Assembly: GCA_964019425.1 (NCBI GenBank)
Contig: OZ025795.1
Location: 558,001-622,000, forward strand
DNA: 64,000 nt
Direction of reading: 5' to 3'
Source of the DNA: Flectonema sp. DT1601
Lineage: Eukaryota
Shown here: piece by piece, positions 53,284-64,000 of the stretch
How the letters are laid out: each line of letters starts with the position of its first letter
Numbering within the stretch: position 1 is the first letter of the stretch
Position numbers and translations under genes: made by a program
The notes under the pieces: model-generated
What the model was told of the DNA's origin: nothing
Databases searched by the model: none
Seen by the model: only the letters and a program-made list of their open reading frames with translations

Positions 53284-54126
53284 ATGGCAACTCTTAAGAT
53301 CACAGCATCGCTTATCACTGGGTCTTTGATTGAAGTGGTTCCCACGTTCGAGAACAAGGTTCCAGGTAGTATTTACAGTTTCGATATTAGGTGCGTTGCG
53401 TACCCTGGAACTGTTGCAGGAGGTGATTTTGACTTCAACCCGACTACGGTCTTGGAGGGACAGACTGCTTTGTTGACGGAAGATTATGATAAATTTCCAT
53501 TTGTTGCTGGGGATTACGTTGTGACTTGCGAGTCCAATATTATAGAGATTGGATCTGGTGGTGCTAGTGGTCTTCATCCTATTGTTGGTGAACTTGGTGT
53601 TGTAGTTCCTGGTGCCCCTACTTGCGATTCTGGAGTGTCGAGCTCAGCGGCGGCCGTTACCATCACTCCTGTGGATATCGTTGACGGGGTGTTGGATGTT
53701 ACTCACACGCGTTACACGCAGTTCCCTGACGTGATCTCGATGATGAAGGGATTCCCGTTCCCAAGAACAGTGGTCTCAGGAACCCAGGTACACCTGAAGT
53801 GCTGTGCCGGGGAAGAGTGTGCTTTCGCATTCGCCCTTTACAGATGTGAGGCATGCACCGGACCAAAGCCATTCGGAATGACCAAGAAGTTGTTGTTGGA
53901 CAACTGGGACAGTGCCTCTTGCTCACCAAAATTCGATGCGGACTTCAGCACCACCCTCTTCTACAAGAACGTGCAGGGACCATATGAGAAGACCTTCGAC
54001 CTCCAGCACGATGAGTTGTTTGTTGTTCTCATGAAGGACGGATCCCTTCCTGCTCCACTTTGTAGCAAGCCACATGGACCGTTCCCAACGGGAACTAACT
54101 GCGGTGACCGATGCCCGACCCTCTAA
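53284..54126 (+). CDS. 280-aa array protein, copy 3
   Basis: Translation identical to copy 1. Confidence 0.85.
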   Translation: MATLKITASLITGSLIEVVPTFENKVPGSIYSFDIRCVAYPGTVAGGDFDFNPTTVLEGQTALLTEDYDKFPFVAGDYVVTCESNIIEIGSGGASGLHPIVGELGVVVPGAPTCDSGVSSSAAAVTITPVDIVDGVLDVTHTRYTQFPDVISMMKGFPFPRTVVSGTQVHLKCCAGEECAFAFALYRCEACTGPKPFGMTKKLLLDNWDSASCSPKFDADFSTTLFYKNVQGPYEKTFDLQHDELFVVLMKDGSLPAPLCSKPHGPFPTGTNCGDRCPTL

Positions 54127-55034
54127 TTGCTGTTATCAAGTAGCCAGAAAGAATAAATTTAGGGGAAGTAAAGGTGTCAATCAAGGTTGCGCTACTTCGT
54201 AGAAAAGTGTTCTGATAATCATCAGCACCCCCCGCCTGAAATTTAAGTGCGACTTCTGTATCTGTTTACTCAGATACTTTATTTTGAAAGAATGCGTAAG
54301 GCTAAGTAGAAAACAAGTGATCTATTTTTTTTTAGGACAACGGGTTTCCGATAGCGGAAGCCAAGCAATCCTGTGGGAGTTAGAAAGATTTGTATCTATG
54401 ATGGGAAGAAACTTTTAGCAACTGTTTTAATTCTTATCGAGTCAGCCATCATTGATTCCTTCCTCTCTTCTTGTTTTGTGTTTTTGATTTCTCCGAGGAA
54501 AACTTTCCTTCACGAAAACCAGCTATTGATTTCCCTCAGCTGGGTCTCTATTTTTTGTTCCTTGGAAGAAGCTGTCGGAAGCACAAACGAGAGTTCTTTT
54601 TTTCATTCCGTTCGGTTTGGAGTGATTCTATTCAGATTTTCTTTTTATTATTTAATTTTTTTTCGTTTTTTTTCTGACCAGGTGCGATGAATAACCATGT
54701 TGTTGTTTTTGGGAGTGGATCTTTGCGGTTCTTTGCGGGGAATCTGTTTAGTACAAATGGAGTTCCGATGTTTTTTTATGGTTTCTGACAAGTTGACTCT
54801 CTCTCTCTTTCTCTTGTTGTTTTCCCTTCCCTTTTCATGCATGCTACGACAACATACGCAAGAGGTGCTCAACTATGTTCAGATTCCAGCGGTATTTTTA
54901 TTTTGCAATCGGTACCACGTTGCCGCTGACAGTGTGGGACGGTTCTTTAAGTTTTTCTTTCGGTGTGTAGACCTCAAAAAGAAGTATCAATTCCCCCTTC
55001 AGTTAACTCCTAACAAACTACATAAATAGTAAAA

Positions 55035-55877
55035 ATGGCAACTCTTAAGATCACAGCATCGCTTATCACTGGGTCTTTGATTGAAGTGGTTCCCACGTTC
55101 GAGAACAAGGTTCCAGGTAGTATTTACAGTTTCGATATTAGGTGCGTTGCGTACCCTGGAACTGTTGCAGGAGGTGATTTTGACTTCAACCCGACTACGG
55201 TCTTGGAGGGACAGACTGCTTTGTTGACGGAAGATTATGATAAATTTCCATTTGTTGCTGGGGATTACGTTGTGACTTGCGAGTCCAATATTATAGAGAT
55301 TGGATCTGGTGGTGCTAGTGGTCTTCATCCTATTGTTGGTGAACTTGGTGTTGTAGTTCCTGGTGCCCCTACTTGCGATTCTGGAGTGTCGAGCTCAGCG
55401 GCGGCCGTTACCATCACTCCTGTGGATATCGTTGACGGGGTGTTGGATGTTACTCACACGCGTTACACGCAGTTCCCTGACGTGATCTCGATGATGAAGG
55501 GATTCCCGTTCCCAAGAACAGTGGTCTCAGGAACCCAGGTACACCTGAAGTGCTGTGCCGGGGAAGAGTGTGCTTTCGCATTCGCCCTTTACAGATGTGA
55601 GGCATGCACCGGACCAAAGCCATTCGGAATGACCAAGAAGTTGTTGTTGGACAACTGGGACAGTGCCTCTTGCTCACCAAAATTCGATGTGGACTTCAGC
55701 ACCACCCTCTTCTACAAGAACGTGCAGGGACCATATGAGAAGACCTTCGACCTCCAGCACGATGAGTTGTTTGTTGTTCTCATGAAGGACGGATCCCTTC
55801 CTGCTCCACTTTGTAGCAAGCCACATGGACCGTTCCCAACGGGAACTAACTGCGGTGACCGATGCCCGACCCTCTAA
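55035..55877 (+). CDS. 280-aa array protein, copy 4 (Ala to Val variant)
   Basis: KFDVDF instead of KFDADF; C to T change at 55690. Confidence 0.85.
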   Translation: MATLKITASLITGSLIEVVPTFENKVPGSIYSFDIRCVAYPGTVAGGDFDFNPTTVLEGQTALLTEDYDKFPFVAGDYVVTCESNIIEIGSGGASGLHPIVGELGVVVPGAPTCDSGVSSSAAAVTITPVDIVDGVLDVTHTRYTQFPDVISMMKGFPFPRTVVSGTQVHLKCCAGEECAFAFALYRCEACTGPKPFGMTKKLLLDNWDSASCSPKFDVDFSTTLFYKNVQGPYEKTFDLQHDELFVVLMKDGSLPAPLCSKPHGPFPTGTNCGDRCPTL

Positions 55878-56785
55878 TTGCTGTTATCAAGTAGCCAGAA
55901 AGAATAAATTTAGGGGAAGTAAAGGTGTCAATCAAGGTTGCGCTACTTCGTAGAAAAGTGTTCTGATAATCATCAGCACCCCCCGCCTGAAATTTAAGTG
56001 CGACTTCTGTATCTGTTTACTCAGATACTTTATTTTGAAAGAATGCGTAAGGCTAAGTAGAAAACAAGTGATCTATTTTTTTTTAGGACAACGGGTTTCC
56101 GATAGCGGAAGCCAAGCAATCCTGTGGGAGTTAGAAAGATTTGTATCTATGATGGGAAGAAACTTTTAGCAACTGTTTTAATTCTTATCGAGTCAGCCAT
56201 CATTGATTCCTTCCTCTCTTCTTGTTTTGTGTTTTTGATTTCTCCGAGGAAAACTTTCCTTCACGAAAACCAGCTATTGATTTCCCTCAGCTGGGTCTCT
56301 ATTTTTTGTTCCTTGGAAGAAGCTGTCGGAAGCACAAACGAGAGTTCTTTTTTTCATTCCGTTCGGTTTGGAGTGATTCTATTCAGATTTTCTTTTTATT
56401 ATTTAATTTTTTTTCGTTTTTTTTCTGACCAGGTGCGATGAATAACCATGTTGTTGTTTTTGGGAGTGGATCTTTGCGGTTCTTTGCGGGGAATCTGTTT
56501 AGTACAAATGGAGTTCCGATGTTTTTTTATGGTTTCTGACAAGTTGACTCTCTCTCTCTTTCTCTTGTTGTTTTCCCTTCCCTTTTCATGCATGCTACGA
56601 CAACATACGCAAGAGGTGCTCAACTATGTTCAGATTCCAGCGGTATTTTTATTTTGCAATCGGTACCACGTTGCCGCTGACAGTGTGGGACGGTTCTTTA
56701 AGTTTTTCTTTCGGTGTGTAGACCTCAAAAAGAAGTATCAATTCCCCCTTCAGTTAACTCCTAACAAACTACATAAATAGTAAAA

Positions 56786-57628
56786 ATGGCAACTCTTAAG
56801 ATCACAGCATCGCTTATCACTGGGTCTTTGATTGAAGTGGTTCCCACGTTCGAGAACAAGGTTCCAGGTAGTATTTACAGTTTCGATATTAGGTGCGTTG
56901 CGTACCCTGGAACTGTTGCAGGAGGTGATTTTGACTTCAACCCGACTACGGTCTTGGAGGGACAGACTGCTTTGTTGACGGAAGATTATGATAAATTTCC
57001 ATTTGTTGCTGGGGATTACGTTGTGACTTGCGAGTCCAATATTATAGAGATTGGATCTGGTGGTGCTAGTGGTCTTCATCCTATTGTTGGTGAACTTGGT
57101 GTTGTAGTTCCTGGTGCCCCTACTTGCGATTCTGGAGTGTCGAGCTCAGCGGCGGCCGTTACCATCACTCCTGTGGATATCGTTGACGGGGTGTTGGATG
57201 TTACTCACACGCGTTACACGCAGTTCCCTGACGTGATCTCGATGATGAAGGGATTCCCGTTCCCAAGAACAGTGGTCTCAGGAACCCAGGTACACCTGAA
57301 GTGCTGTGCCGGGGAAGAGTGTGCTTTCGCATTCGCCCTTTACAGATGTGAGGCATGCACCGGACCAAAGCCATTCGGAATGACCAAGAAGTTGTTGTTG
57401 GACAACTGGGACAGTGCCTCTTGCTCACCAAAATTCGATGCGGACTTCAGCACCACCCTCTTCTACAAGAACGTGCAGGGACCATATGAGAAGACCTTCG
57501 ACCTCCAGCACGATGAGTTGTTTGTTGTTCTCATGAAGGACGGATCCCTTCCTGCTCCACTTTGTAGCAAGCCACATGGACCGTTCCCAACGGGAACTAA
57601 CTGCGGTGACCGATGCCCGACCCTCTAA
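56786..57628 (+). CDS. 280-aa array protein, copy 5
   Basis: Translation identical to copy 1. Confidence 0.85.
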   Translation: MATLKITASLITGSLIEVVPTFENKVPGSIYSFDIRCVAYPGTVAGGDFDFNPTTVLEGQTALLTEDYDKFPFVAGDYVVTCESNIIEIGSGGASGLHPIVGELGVVVPGAPTCDSGVSSSAAAVTITPVDIVDGVLDVTHTRYTQFPDVISMMKGFPFPRTVVSGTQVHLKCCAGEECAFAFALYRCEACTGPKPFGMTKKLLLDNWDSASCSPKFDADFSTTLFYKNVQGPYEKTFDLQHDELFVVLMKDGSLPAPLCSKPHGPFPTGTNCGDRCPTL

Positions 57629-58536
57629 TTGCTGTTATCAAGTAGCCAGAAAGAATAAATTTAGGGGAAGTAAAGGTGTCAATCAAGGTTGCGCTACTTC
57701 GTAGAAAAGTGTTCTGATAATCATCAGCACCCCCCGCCTGAAATTTAAGTGCGACTTCTGTATCTGTTTACTCAGATACTTTATTTTGAAAGAATGCGTA
57801 AGGCTAAGTAGAAAACAAGTGATCTATTTTTTTTTAGGACAACGGGTTTCCGATAGCGGAAGCCAAGCAATCCTGTGGGAGTTAGAAAGATTTGTATCTA
57901 TGATGGGAAGAAACTTTTAGCAACTGTTTTAATTCTTATCGAGTCAGCCATCATTGATTCCTTCCTCTCTTCTTGTTTTGTGTTTTTGATTTCTCCGAGG
58001 AAAACTTTCCTTCACGAAAACCAGCTATTGATTTCCCTCAGCTGGGTCTCTATTTTTTGTTCCTTGGAAGAAGCTGTCGGAAGCACAAACGAGAGTTCTT
58101 TTTTTCATTCCGTTCGGTTTGGAGTGATTCTATTCAGATTTTCTTTTTATTATTTAATTTTTTTTCGTTTTTTTTCTGACCAGGTGCGATGAATAACCAT
58201 GTTGTTGTTTTTGGGAGTGGATCTTTGCGGTTCTTTGCGGGGAATCTGTTTAGTACAAATGGAGTTCCGATGTTTTTTTATGGTTTCTGACAAGTTGACT
58301 CTCTCTCTCTTTCTCTTGTTGTTTTCCCTTCCCTTTTCATGCATGCTACGACAACATACGCAAGAGGTGCTCAACTATGTTCAGATTCCAGCGGTATTTT
58401 TATTTTGCAATCGGTACCACGTTGCCGCTGACAGTGTGGGACGGTTCTTTAAGTTTTTCTTTCGGTGTGTAGACCTCAAAAAGAAGTATCAATTCCCCCT
58501 TCAGTTAACTCCTAACAAACTACATAAATAGTAAAA

Positions 58537-59379
58537 ATGGCAACTCTTAAGATCACAGCATCGCTTATCACTGGGTCTTTGATTGAAGTGGTTCCCACGT
58601 TCGAGAACAAGGTTCCAGGTAGTATTTACAGTTTCGATATTAGGTGCGTTGCGTACCCTGGAACTGTTGCAGGAGGTGATTTTGACTTCAACCCGACTAC
58701 GGTCTTGGAGGGACAGACTGCTTTGTTGACGGAAGATTATGATAAATTTCCATTTGTTGCTGGGGATTACGTTGTGACTTGCGAGTCCAATATTATAGAG
58801 ATTGGATCTGGTGGTGCTAGTGGTCTTCATCCTATTGTTGGTGAACTTGGTGTTGTAGTTCCTGGTGCCCCTACTTGCGATTCTGGAGTGTCGAGCTCAG
58901 CGGCGGCCGTTACCATCACTCCTGTGGATATCGTTGACGGGGTGTTGGATGTTACTCACACGCGTTACACGCAGTTCCCTGACGTGATCTCGATGATGAA
59001 GGGATTCCCGTTCCCAAGAACAGTGGTCTCAGGAACCCAGGTACACCTGAAGTGCTGTGCCGGGGAAGAGTGTGCTTTCGCATTCGCCCTTTACAGATGT
59101 GAGGCATGCACCGGACCAAAGCCATTCGGAATGACCAAGAAGTTGTTGTTGGACAACTGGGACAGTGCCTCTTGCTCACCAAAATTCGATGCGGACTTCA
59201 GCACCACCCTCTTCTACAAGAACGTGCAGGGACCATATGAGAAGACCTTCGACCTCCAGCACGATGAGTTGTTTGTTGTTCTCATGAAGGACGGATCCCT
59301 TCCTGCTCCACTTTGTAGCAAGCCACATGGACCGTTCCCAACGGGAACTAACTGCGGTGACCGATGCCCGACCCTCTAA
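58537..59379 (+). CDS. 280-aa array protein, copy 6
   Basis: Translation identical to copy 1. Confidence 0.85.
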   Translation: MATLKITASLITGSLIEVVPTFENKVPGSIYSFDIRCVAYPGTVAGGDFDFNPTTVLEGQTALLTEDYDKFPFVAGDYVVTCESNIIEIGSGGASGLHPIVGELGVVVPGAPTCDSGVSSSAAAVTITPVDIVDGVLDVTHTRYTQFPDVISMMKGFPFPRTVVSGTQVHLKCCAGEECAFAFALYRCEACTGPKPFGMTKKLLLDNWDSASCSPKFDADFSTTLFYKNVQGPYEKTFDLQHDELFVVLMKDGSLPAPLCSKPHGPFPTGTNCGDRCPTL

Positions 59380-60287
59380 TTGCTGTTATCAAGTAGCCAG
59401 AAAGAATAAATTTAGGGGAAGTAAAGGTGTCAATCAAGGTTGCGCTACTTCGTAGAAAAGTGTTCTGATAATCATCAGCACCCCCCGCCTGAAATTTAAG
59501 TGCGACTTCTGTATCTGTTTACTCAGATACTTTATTTTGAAAGAATGCGTAAGGCTAAGTAGAAAACAAGTGATCTATTTTTTTTTAGGACAACGGGTTT
59601 CCGATAGCGGAAGCCAAGCAATCCTGTGGGAGTTAGAAAGATTTGTATCTATGATGGGAAGAAACTTTTAGCAACTGTTTTAATTCTTATCGAGTCAGCC
59701 ATCATTGATTCCTTCCTCTCTTCTTGTTTTGTGTTTTTGATTTCTCCGAGGAAAACTTTCCTTCACGAAAACCAGCTATTGATTTCCCTCAGCTGGGTCT
59801 CTATTTTTTGTTCCTTGGAAGAAGCTGTCGGAAGCACAAACGAGAGTTCTTTTTTTCATTCCGTTCGGTTTGGAGTGATTCTATTCAGATTTTCTTTTTA
59901 TTATTTAATTTTTTTTCGTTTTTTTTCTGACCAGGTGCGATGAATAACCATGTTGTTGTTTTTGGGAGTGGATCTTTGCGGTTCTTTGCGGGGAATCTGT
60001 TTAGTACAAATGGAGTTCCGATGTTTTTTTATGGTTTCTGACAAGTTGACTCTCTCTCTCTTTCTCTTGTTGTTTTCCCTTCCCTTTTCATGCATGCTAC
60101 GACAACATACGCAAGAGGTGCTCAACTATGTTCAGATTCCAGCGGTATTTTTATTTTGCAATCGGTACCACGTTGCCGCTGACAGTGTGGGACGGTTCTT
60201 TAAGTTTTTCTTTCGGTGTGTAGACCTCAAAAAGAAGTATCAATTCCCCCTTCAGTTAACTCCTAACAAACTACATAAATAGTAAAA

Positions 60288-61130
60288 ATGGCAACTCTTA
60301 AGATCACAGCATCGCTTATCACTGGGTCTTTGATTGAAGTGGTTCCCACGTTCGAGAACAAGGTTCCAGGTAGTATTTACAGTTTCGATATTAGGTGCGT
60401 TGCGTACCCTGGAACTGTTGCAGGAGGTGATTTTGACTTCAACCCGACTACGGTCTTGGAGGGACAGACTGCTTTGTTGACGGAAGATTATGATAAATTT
60501 CCATTTGTTGCTGGGGATTACGTTGTGACTTGCGAGTCCAATATTATAGAGATTGGATCTGGTGGTGCTAGTGGTCTTCATCCTATTGTTGGTGAACTTG
60601 GTGTTGTAGTTCCTGGTGCCCCTACTTGCGATTCTGGAGTGTCGAGCTCAGCGGCGGCCGTTACCATCACTCCTGTGGATATCGTTGACGGGGTGTTGGA
60701 TGTTACTCACACGCGTTACACGCAGTTCCCTGACGTGATCTCGATGATGAAGGGATTCCCGTTCCCAAGAACAGTGGTCTCAGGAACCCAGGTACACCTG
60801 AAGTGCTGTGCCGGGGAAGAGTGTGCTTTCGCATTCGCCCTTTACAGATGTGAGGCATGCACCGGACCAAAGCCATTCGGAATGACCAAGAAGTTGTTGT
60901 TGGACAACTGGGACAGTGCCTCTTGCTCACCAAAATTCGATGCGGACTTCAGCACCACCCTCTTCTACAAGAACGTGCAGGGACCATATGAGAAGACCTT
61001 CGACCTCCAGCACGATGAGTTGTTTGTTGTTCTCATGAAGGACGGATCCCTTCCTGCTCCACTTTGTAGCAAGCCACATGGACCGTTCCCAACGGGAACT
61101 AACTGCGGTGACCGATGCCCGACCCTCTAA
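60288..61130 (+). CDS. 280-aa array protein, copy 7
   Basis: Translation identical to copy 1. Confidence 0.85.
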   Translation: MATLKITASLITGSLIEVVPTFENKVPGSIYSFDIRCVAYPGTVAGGDFDFNPTTVLEGQTALLTEDYDKFPFVAGDYVVTCESNIIEIGSGGASGLHPIVGELGVVVPGAPTCDSGVSSSAAAVTITPVDIVDGVLDVTHTRYTQFPDVISMMKGFPFPRTVVSGTQVHLKCCAGEECAFAFALYRCEACTGPKPFGMTKKLLLDNWDSASCSPKFDADFSTTLFYKNVQGPYEKTFDLQHDELFVVLMKDGSLPAPLCSKPHGPFPTGTNCGDRCPTL

Positions 61131-62038
61131 TTGCTGTTATCAAGTAGCCAGAAAGAATAAATTTAGGGGAAGTAAAGGTGTCAATCAAGGTTGCGCTACT
61201 TCGTAGAAAAGTGTTCTGATAATCATCAGCACCCCCCGCCTGAAATTTAAGTGCGACTTCTGTATCTGTTTACTCAGATACTTTATTTTGAAAGAATGCG
61301 TAAGGCTAAGTAGAAAACAAGTGATCTATTTTTTTTTAGGACAACGGGTTTCCGATAGCGGAAGCCAAGCAATCCTGTGGGAGTTAGAAAGATTTGTATC
61401 TATGATGGGAAGAAACTTTTAGCAACTGTTTTAATTCTTATCGAGTCAGCCATCATTGATTCCTTCCTCTCTTCTTGTTTTGTGTTTTTGATTTCTCCGA
61501 GGAAAACTTTCCTTCACGAAAACCAGCTATTGATTTCCCTCAGCTGGGTCTCTATTTTTTGTTCCTTGGAAGAAGCTGTCGGAAGCACAAACGAGAGTTC
61601 TTTTTTTCATTCCGTTCGGTTTGGAGTGATTCTATTCAGATTTTCTTTTTATTATTTAATTTTTTTTCGTTTTTTTTCTGACCAGGTGCGATGAATAACC
61701 ATGTTGTTGTTTTTGGGAGTGGATCTTTGCGGTTCTTTGCGGGGAATCTGTTTAGTACAAATGGAGTTCCGATGTTTTTTTATGGTTTCTGACAAGTTGA
61801 CTCTCTCTCTCTTTCTCTTGTTGTTTTCCCTTCCCTTTTCATGCATGCTACGACAACATACGCAAGAGGTGCTCAACTATGTTCAGATTCCAGCGGTATT
61901 TTTATTTTGCAATCGGTACCACGTTGCCGCTGACAGTGTGGGACGGTTCTTTAAGTTTTTCTTTCGGTGTGTAGACCTCAAAAAGAAGTATCAATTCCCC
62001 CTTCAGTTAACTCCTAACAAACTACATAAATAGTAAAA

Positions 62039-62881
62039 ATGGCAACTCTTAAGATCACAGCATCGCTTATCACTGGGTCTTTGATTGAAGTGGTTCCCAC
62101 GTTCGAGAACAAGGTTCCAGGTAGTATTTACAGTTTCGATATTAGGTGCGTTGCGTACCCTGGAACTGTTGCAGGAGGTGATTTTGACTTCAACCCGACT
62201 ACGGTCTTGGAGGGACAGACTGCTTTGTTGACGGAAGATTATGATAAATTTCCATTTGTTGCTGGGGATTACGTTGTGACTTGCGAGTCCAATATTATAG
62301 AGATTGGATCTGGTGGTGCTAGTGGTCTTCATCCTATTGTTGGTGAACTTGGTGTTGTAGTTCCTGGTGCCCCTACTTGCGATTCTGGAGTGTCGAGCTC
62401 AGCGGCGGCCGTTACCATCACTCCTGTGGATATCGTTGACGGGGTGTTGGATGTTACTCACACGCGTTACACGCAGTTCCCTGACGTGATCTCGATGATG
62501 AAGGGATTCCCGTTCCCAAGAACAGTGGTCTCAGGAACCCAGGTACACCTGAAGTGCTGTGCCGGGGAAGAGTGTGCTTTCGCATTCGCCCTTTACAGAT
62601 GTGAGGCATGCACCGGACCAAAGCCATTCGGAATGACCAAGAAGTTGTTGTTGGACAACTGGGACAGTGCCTCTTGCTCACCAAAATTCGATGCGGACTT
62701 CAGCACCACCCTCTTCTACAAGAACGTGCAGGGACCATATGAGAAGACCTTCGACCTCCAGCACGATGAGTTGTTTGTTGTTCTCATGAAGGACGGATCC
62801 CTTCCTGCTCCACTTTGTAGCAAGCCACATGGACCGTTCCCAACGGGAACTAACTGCGGTGACCGATGCCCGACCCTCTAA
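62039..62881 (+). CDS. 280-aa array protein, copy 8
   Basis: Translation identical to copy 1. Confidence 0.85.
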   Translation: MATLKITASLITGSLIEVVPTFENKVPGSIYSFDIRCVAYPGTVAGGDFDFNPTTVLEGQTALLTEDYDKFPFVAGDYVVTCESNIIEIGSGGASGLHPIVGELGVVVPGAPTCDSGVSSSAAAVTITPVDIVDGVLDVTHTRYTQFPDVISMMKGFPFPRTVVSGTQVHLKCCAGEECAFAFALYRCEACTGPKPFGMTKKLLLDNWDSASCSPKFDADFSTTLFYKNVQGPYEKTFDLQHDELFVVLMKDGSLPAPLCSKPHGPFPTGTNCGDRCPTL

Positions 62882-63789
62882 TTGCTGTTATCAAGTAGCC
62901 AGAAAGAATAAATTTAGGGGAAGTAAAGGTGTCAATCAAGGTTGCGCTACTTCGTAGAAAAGTGTTCTGATAATCATCAGCACCCCCCGCCTGAAATTTA
63001 AGTGCGACTTCTGTATCTGTTTACTCAGATACTTTATTTTGAAAGAATGCGTAAGGCTAAGTAGAAAACAAGTGATCTATTTTTTTTTAGGACAACGGGT
63101 TTCCGATAGCGGAAGCCAAGCAATCCTGTGGGAGTTAGAAAGATTTGTATCTATGATGGGAAGAAACTTTTAGCAACTGTTTTAATTCTTATCGAGTCAG
63201 CCATCATTGATTCCTTCCTCTCTTCTTGTTTTGTGTTTTTGATTTCTCCGAGGAAAACTTTCCTTCACGAAAACCAGCTATTGATTTCCCTCAGCTGGGT
63301 CTCTATTTTTTGTTCCTTGGAAGAAGCTGTCGGAAGCACAAACGAGAGTTCTTTTTTTCATTCCGTTCGGTTTGGAGTGATTCTATTCAGATTTTCTTTT
63401 TATTATTTAATTTTTTTTCGTTTTTTTTCTGACCAGGTGCGATGAATAACCATGTTGTTGTTTTTGGGAGTGGATCTTTGCGGTTCTTTGCGGGGAATCT
63501 GTTTAGTACAAATGGAGTTCCGATGTTTTTTTATGGTTTCTGACAAGTTGACTCTCTCTCTCTTTCTCTTGTTGTTTTCCCTTCCCTTTTCATGCATGCT
63601 ACGACAACATACGCAAGAGGTGCTCAACTATGTTCAGATTCCAGCGGTATTTTTATTTTGCAATCGGTACCACGTTGCCGCTGACAGTGTGGGACGGTTC
63701 TTTAAGTTTTTCTTTCGGTGTGTAGACCTCAAAAAGAAGTATCAATTCCCCCTTCAGTTAACTCCTAACAAACTACATAAATAGTAAAA

Positions 63790-64000
63790 ATGGCAACTCT
63801 TAAGATCACAGCATCGCTTATCACTGGGTCTTTGATTGAAGTGGTTCCCACGTTCGAGAACAAGGTTCCAGGTAGTATTTACAGTTTCGATATTAGGTGC
63901 GTTGCGTACCCTGGAACTGTTGCAGGAGGTGATTTTGACTTCAACCCGACTACGGTCTTGGAGGGACAGACTGCTTTGTTGACGGAAGATTATGATAAAT
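63790..64000 (+). CDS. 280-aa array protein, copy 9 (truncated by window end)
   Basis: ATGGCAACTCTTAAG at 63790 continues to the edge of the window. Confidence 0.85.
   Translation, partial: MATLKITASLITGSLIEVVPTFENKVPGSIYSFDIRCVAYPGTVAGGDFDFNPTTVLEGQTALLTEDYDK

Larger units (their letters stand above)
49311..64000 (+). repeat. Head-to-tail tandem gene array, 1751-bp unit, at least 8.4 units, running off the window end
   Basis: Identical ORF sets recur every 1751 bp (ATGs at 49782, 51533, 53284, 55035, 56786, 58537, 60288, 62039 and 63790). Confidence 0.99.

Noticed and set aside
49311..64000. Array as CRISPR, rDNA/5S, SL-RNA or transposon array
   Set aside because: No variable spacers, no recognisable rRNA, 5S or SL sequence, and no transposase/RT motifs or terminal repeats.

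Overview
Eukaryotic, AT-rich nuclear DNA from a flagellated protist, most likely a euglenozoan and probably a diplonemid. This is inferred from a BILBO1-type N-terminal domain, strictly co-oriented and tightly packed genes that mostly follow a T-rich tract and (C)AG|G acceptor-like site, and only rare GTATG..AG cis-introns. Positions ~1.9-49.2 kb hold 14 plus-strand genes: an IQ/LRR giant protein, a Schlafen/AlbA_2 + CCCH zinc-finger protein, a degenerate GMC oxidoreductase, a dynein-AAA6-like/ankyrin-like protein, an EF-hand protein, endonuclease V with a zinc ribbon, a DHHC-SH3 palmitoyltransferase, a type II membrane glycosidase-like protein, an intronless axonemal dynein heavy chain, COX17, an SPRQ-repeat coiled-coil protein, a RING-H2 tail-anchored protein, a BILBO1-N-like protein and a MUN/unc-13-like protein. 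Three of these need introns that the ORF track misses. From ~49.3 kb to the window end lies a near-perfect 1751-bp tandem array (8 full copies plus 1 partial) of an uncharacterised Cys-rich 280-aa gene. A small non-coding dispersed repeat (14.2 kb and 41.8-42.2 kb) contains a hammerhead-ribozyme-like core. All domain calls are by-eye motif recognition; no searches were run.
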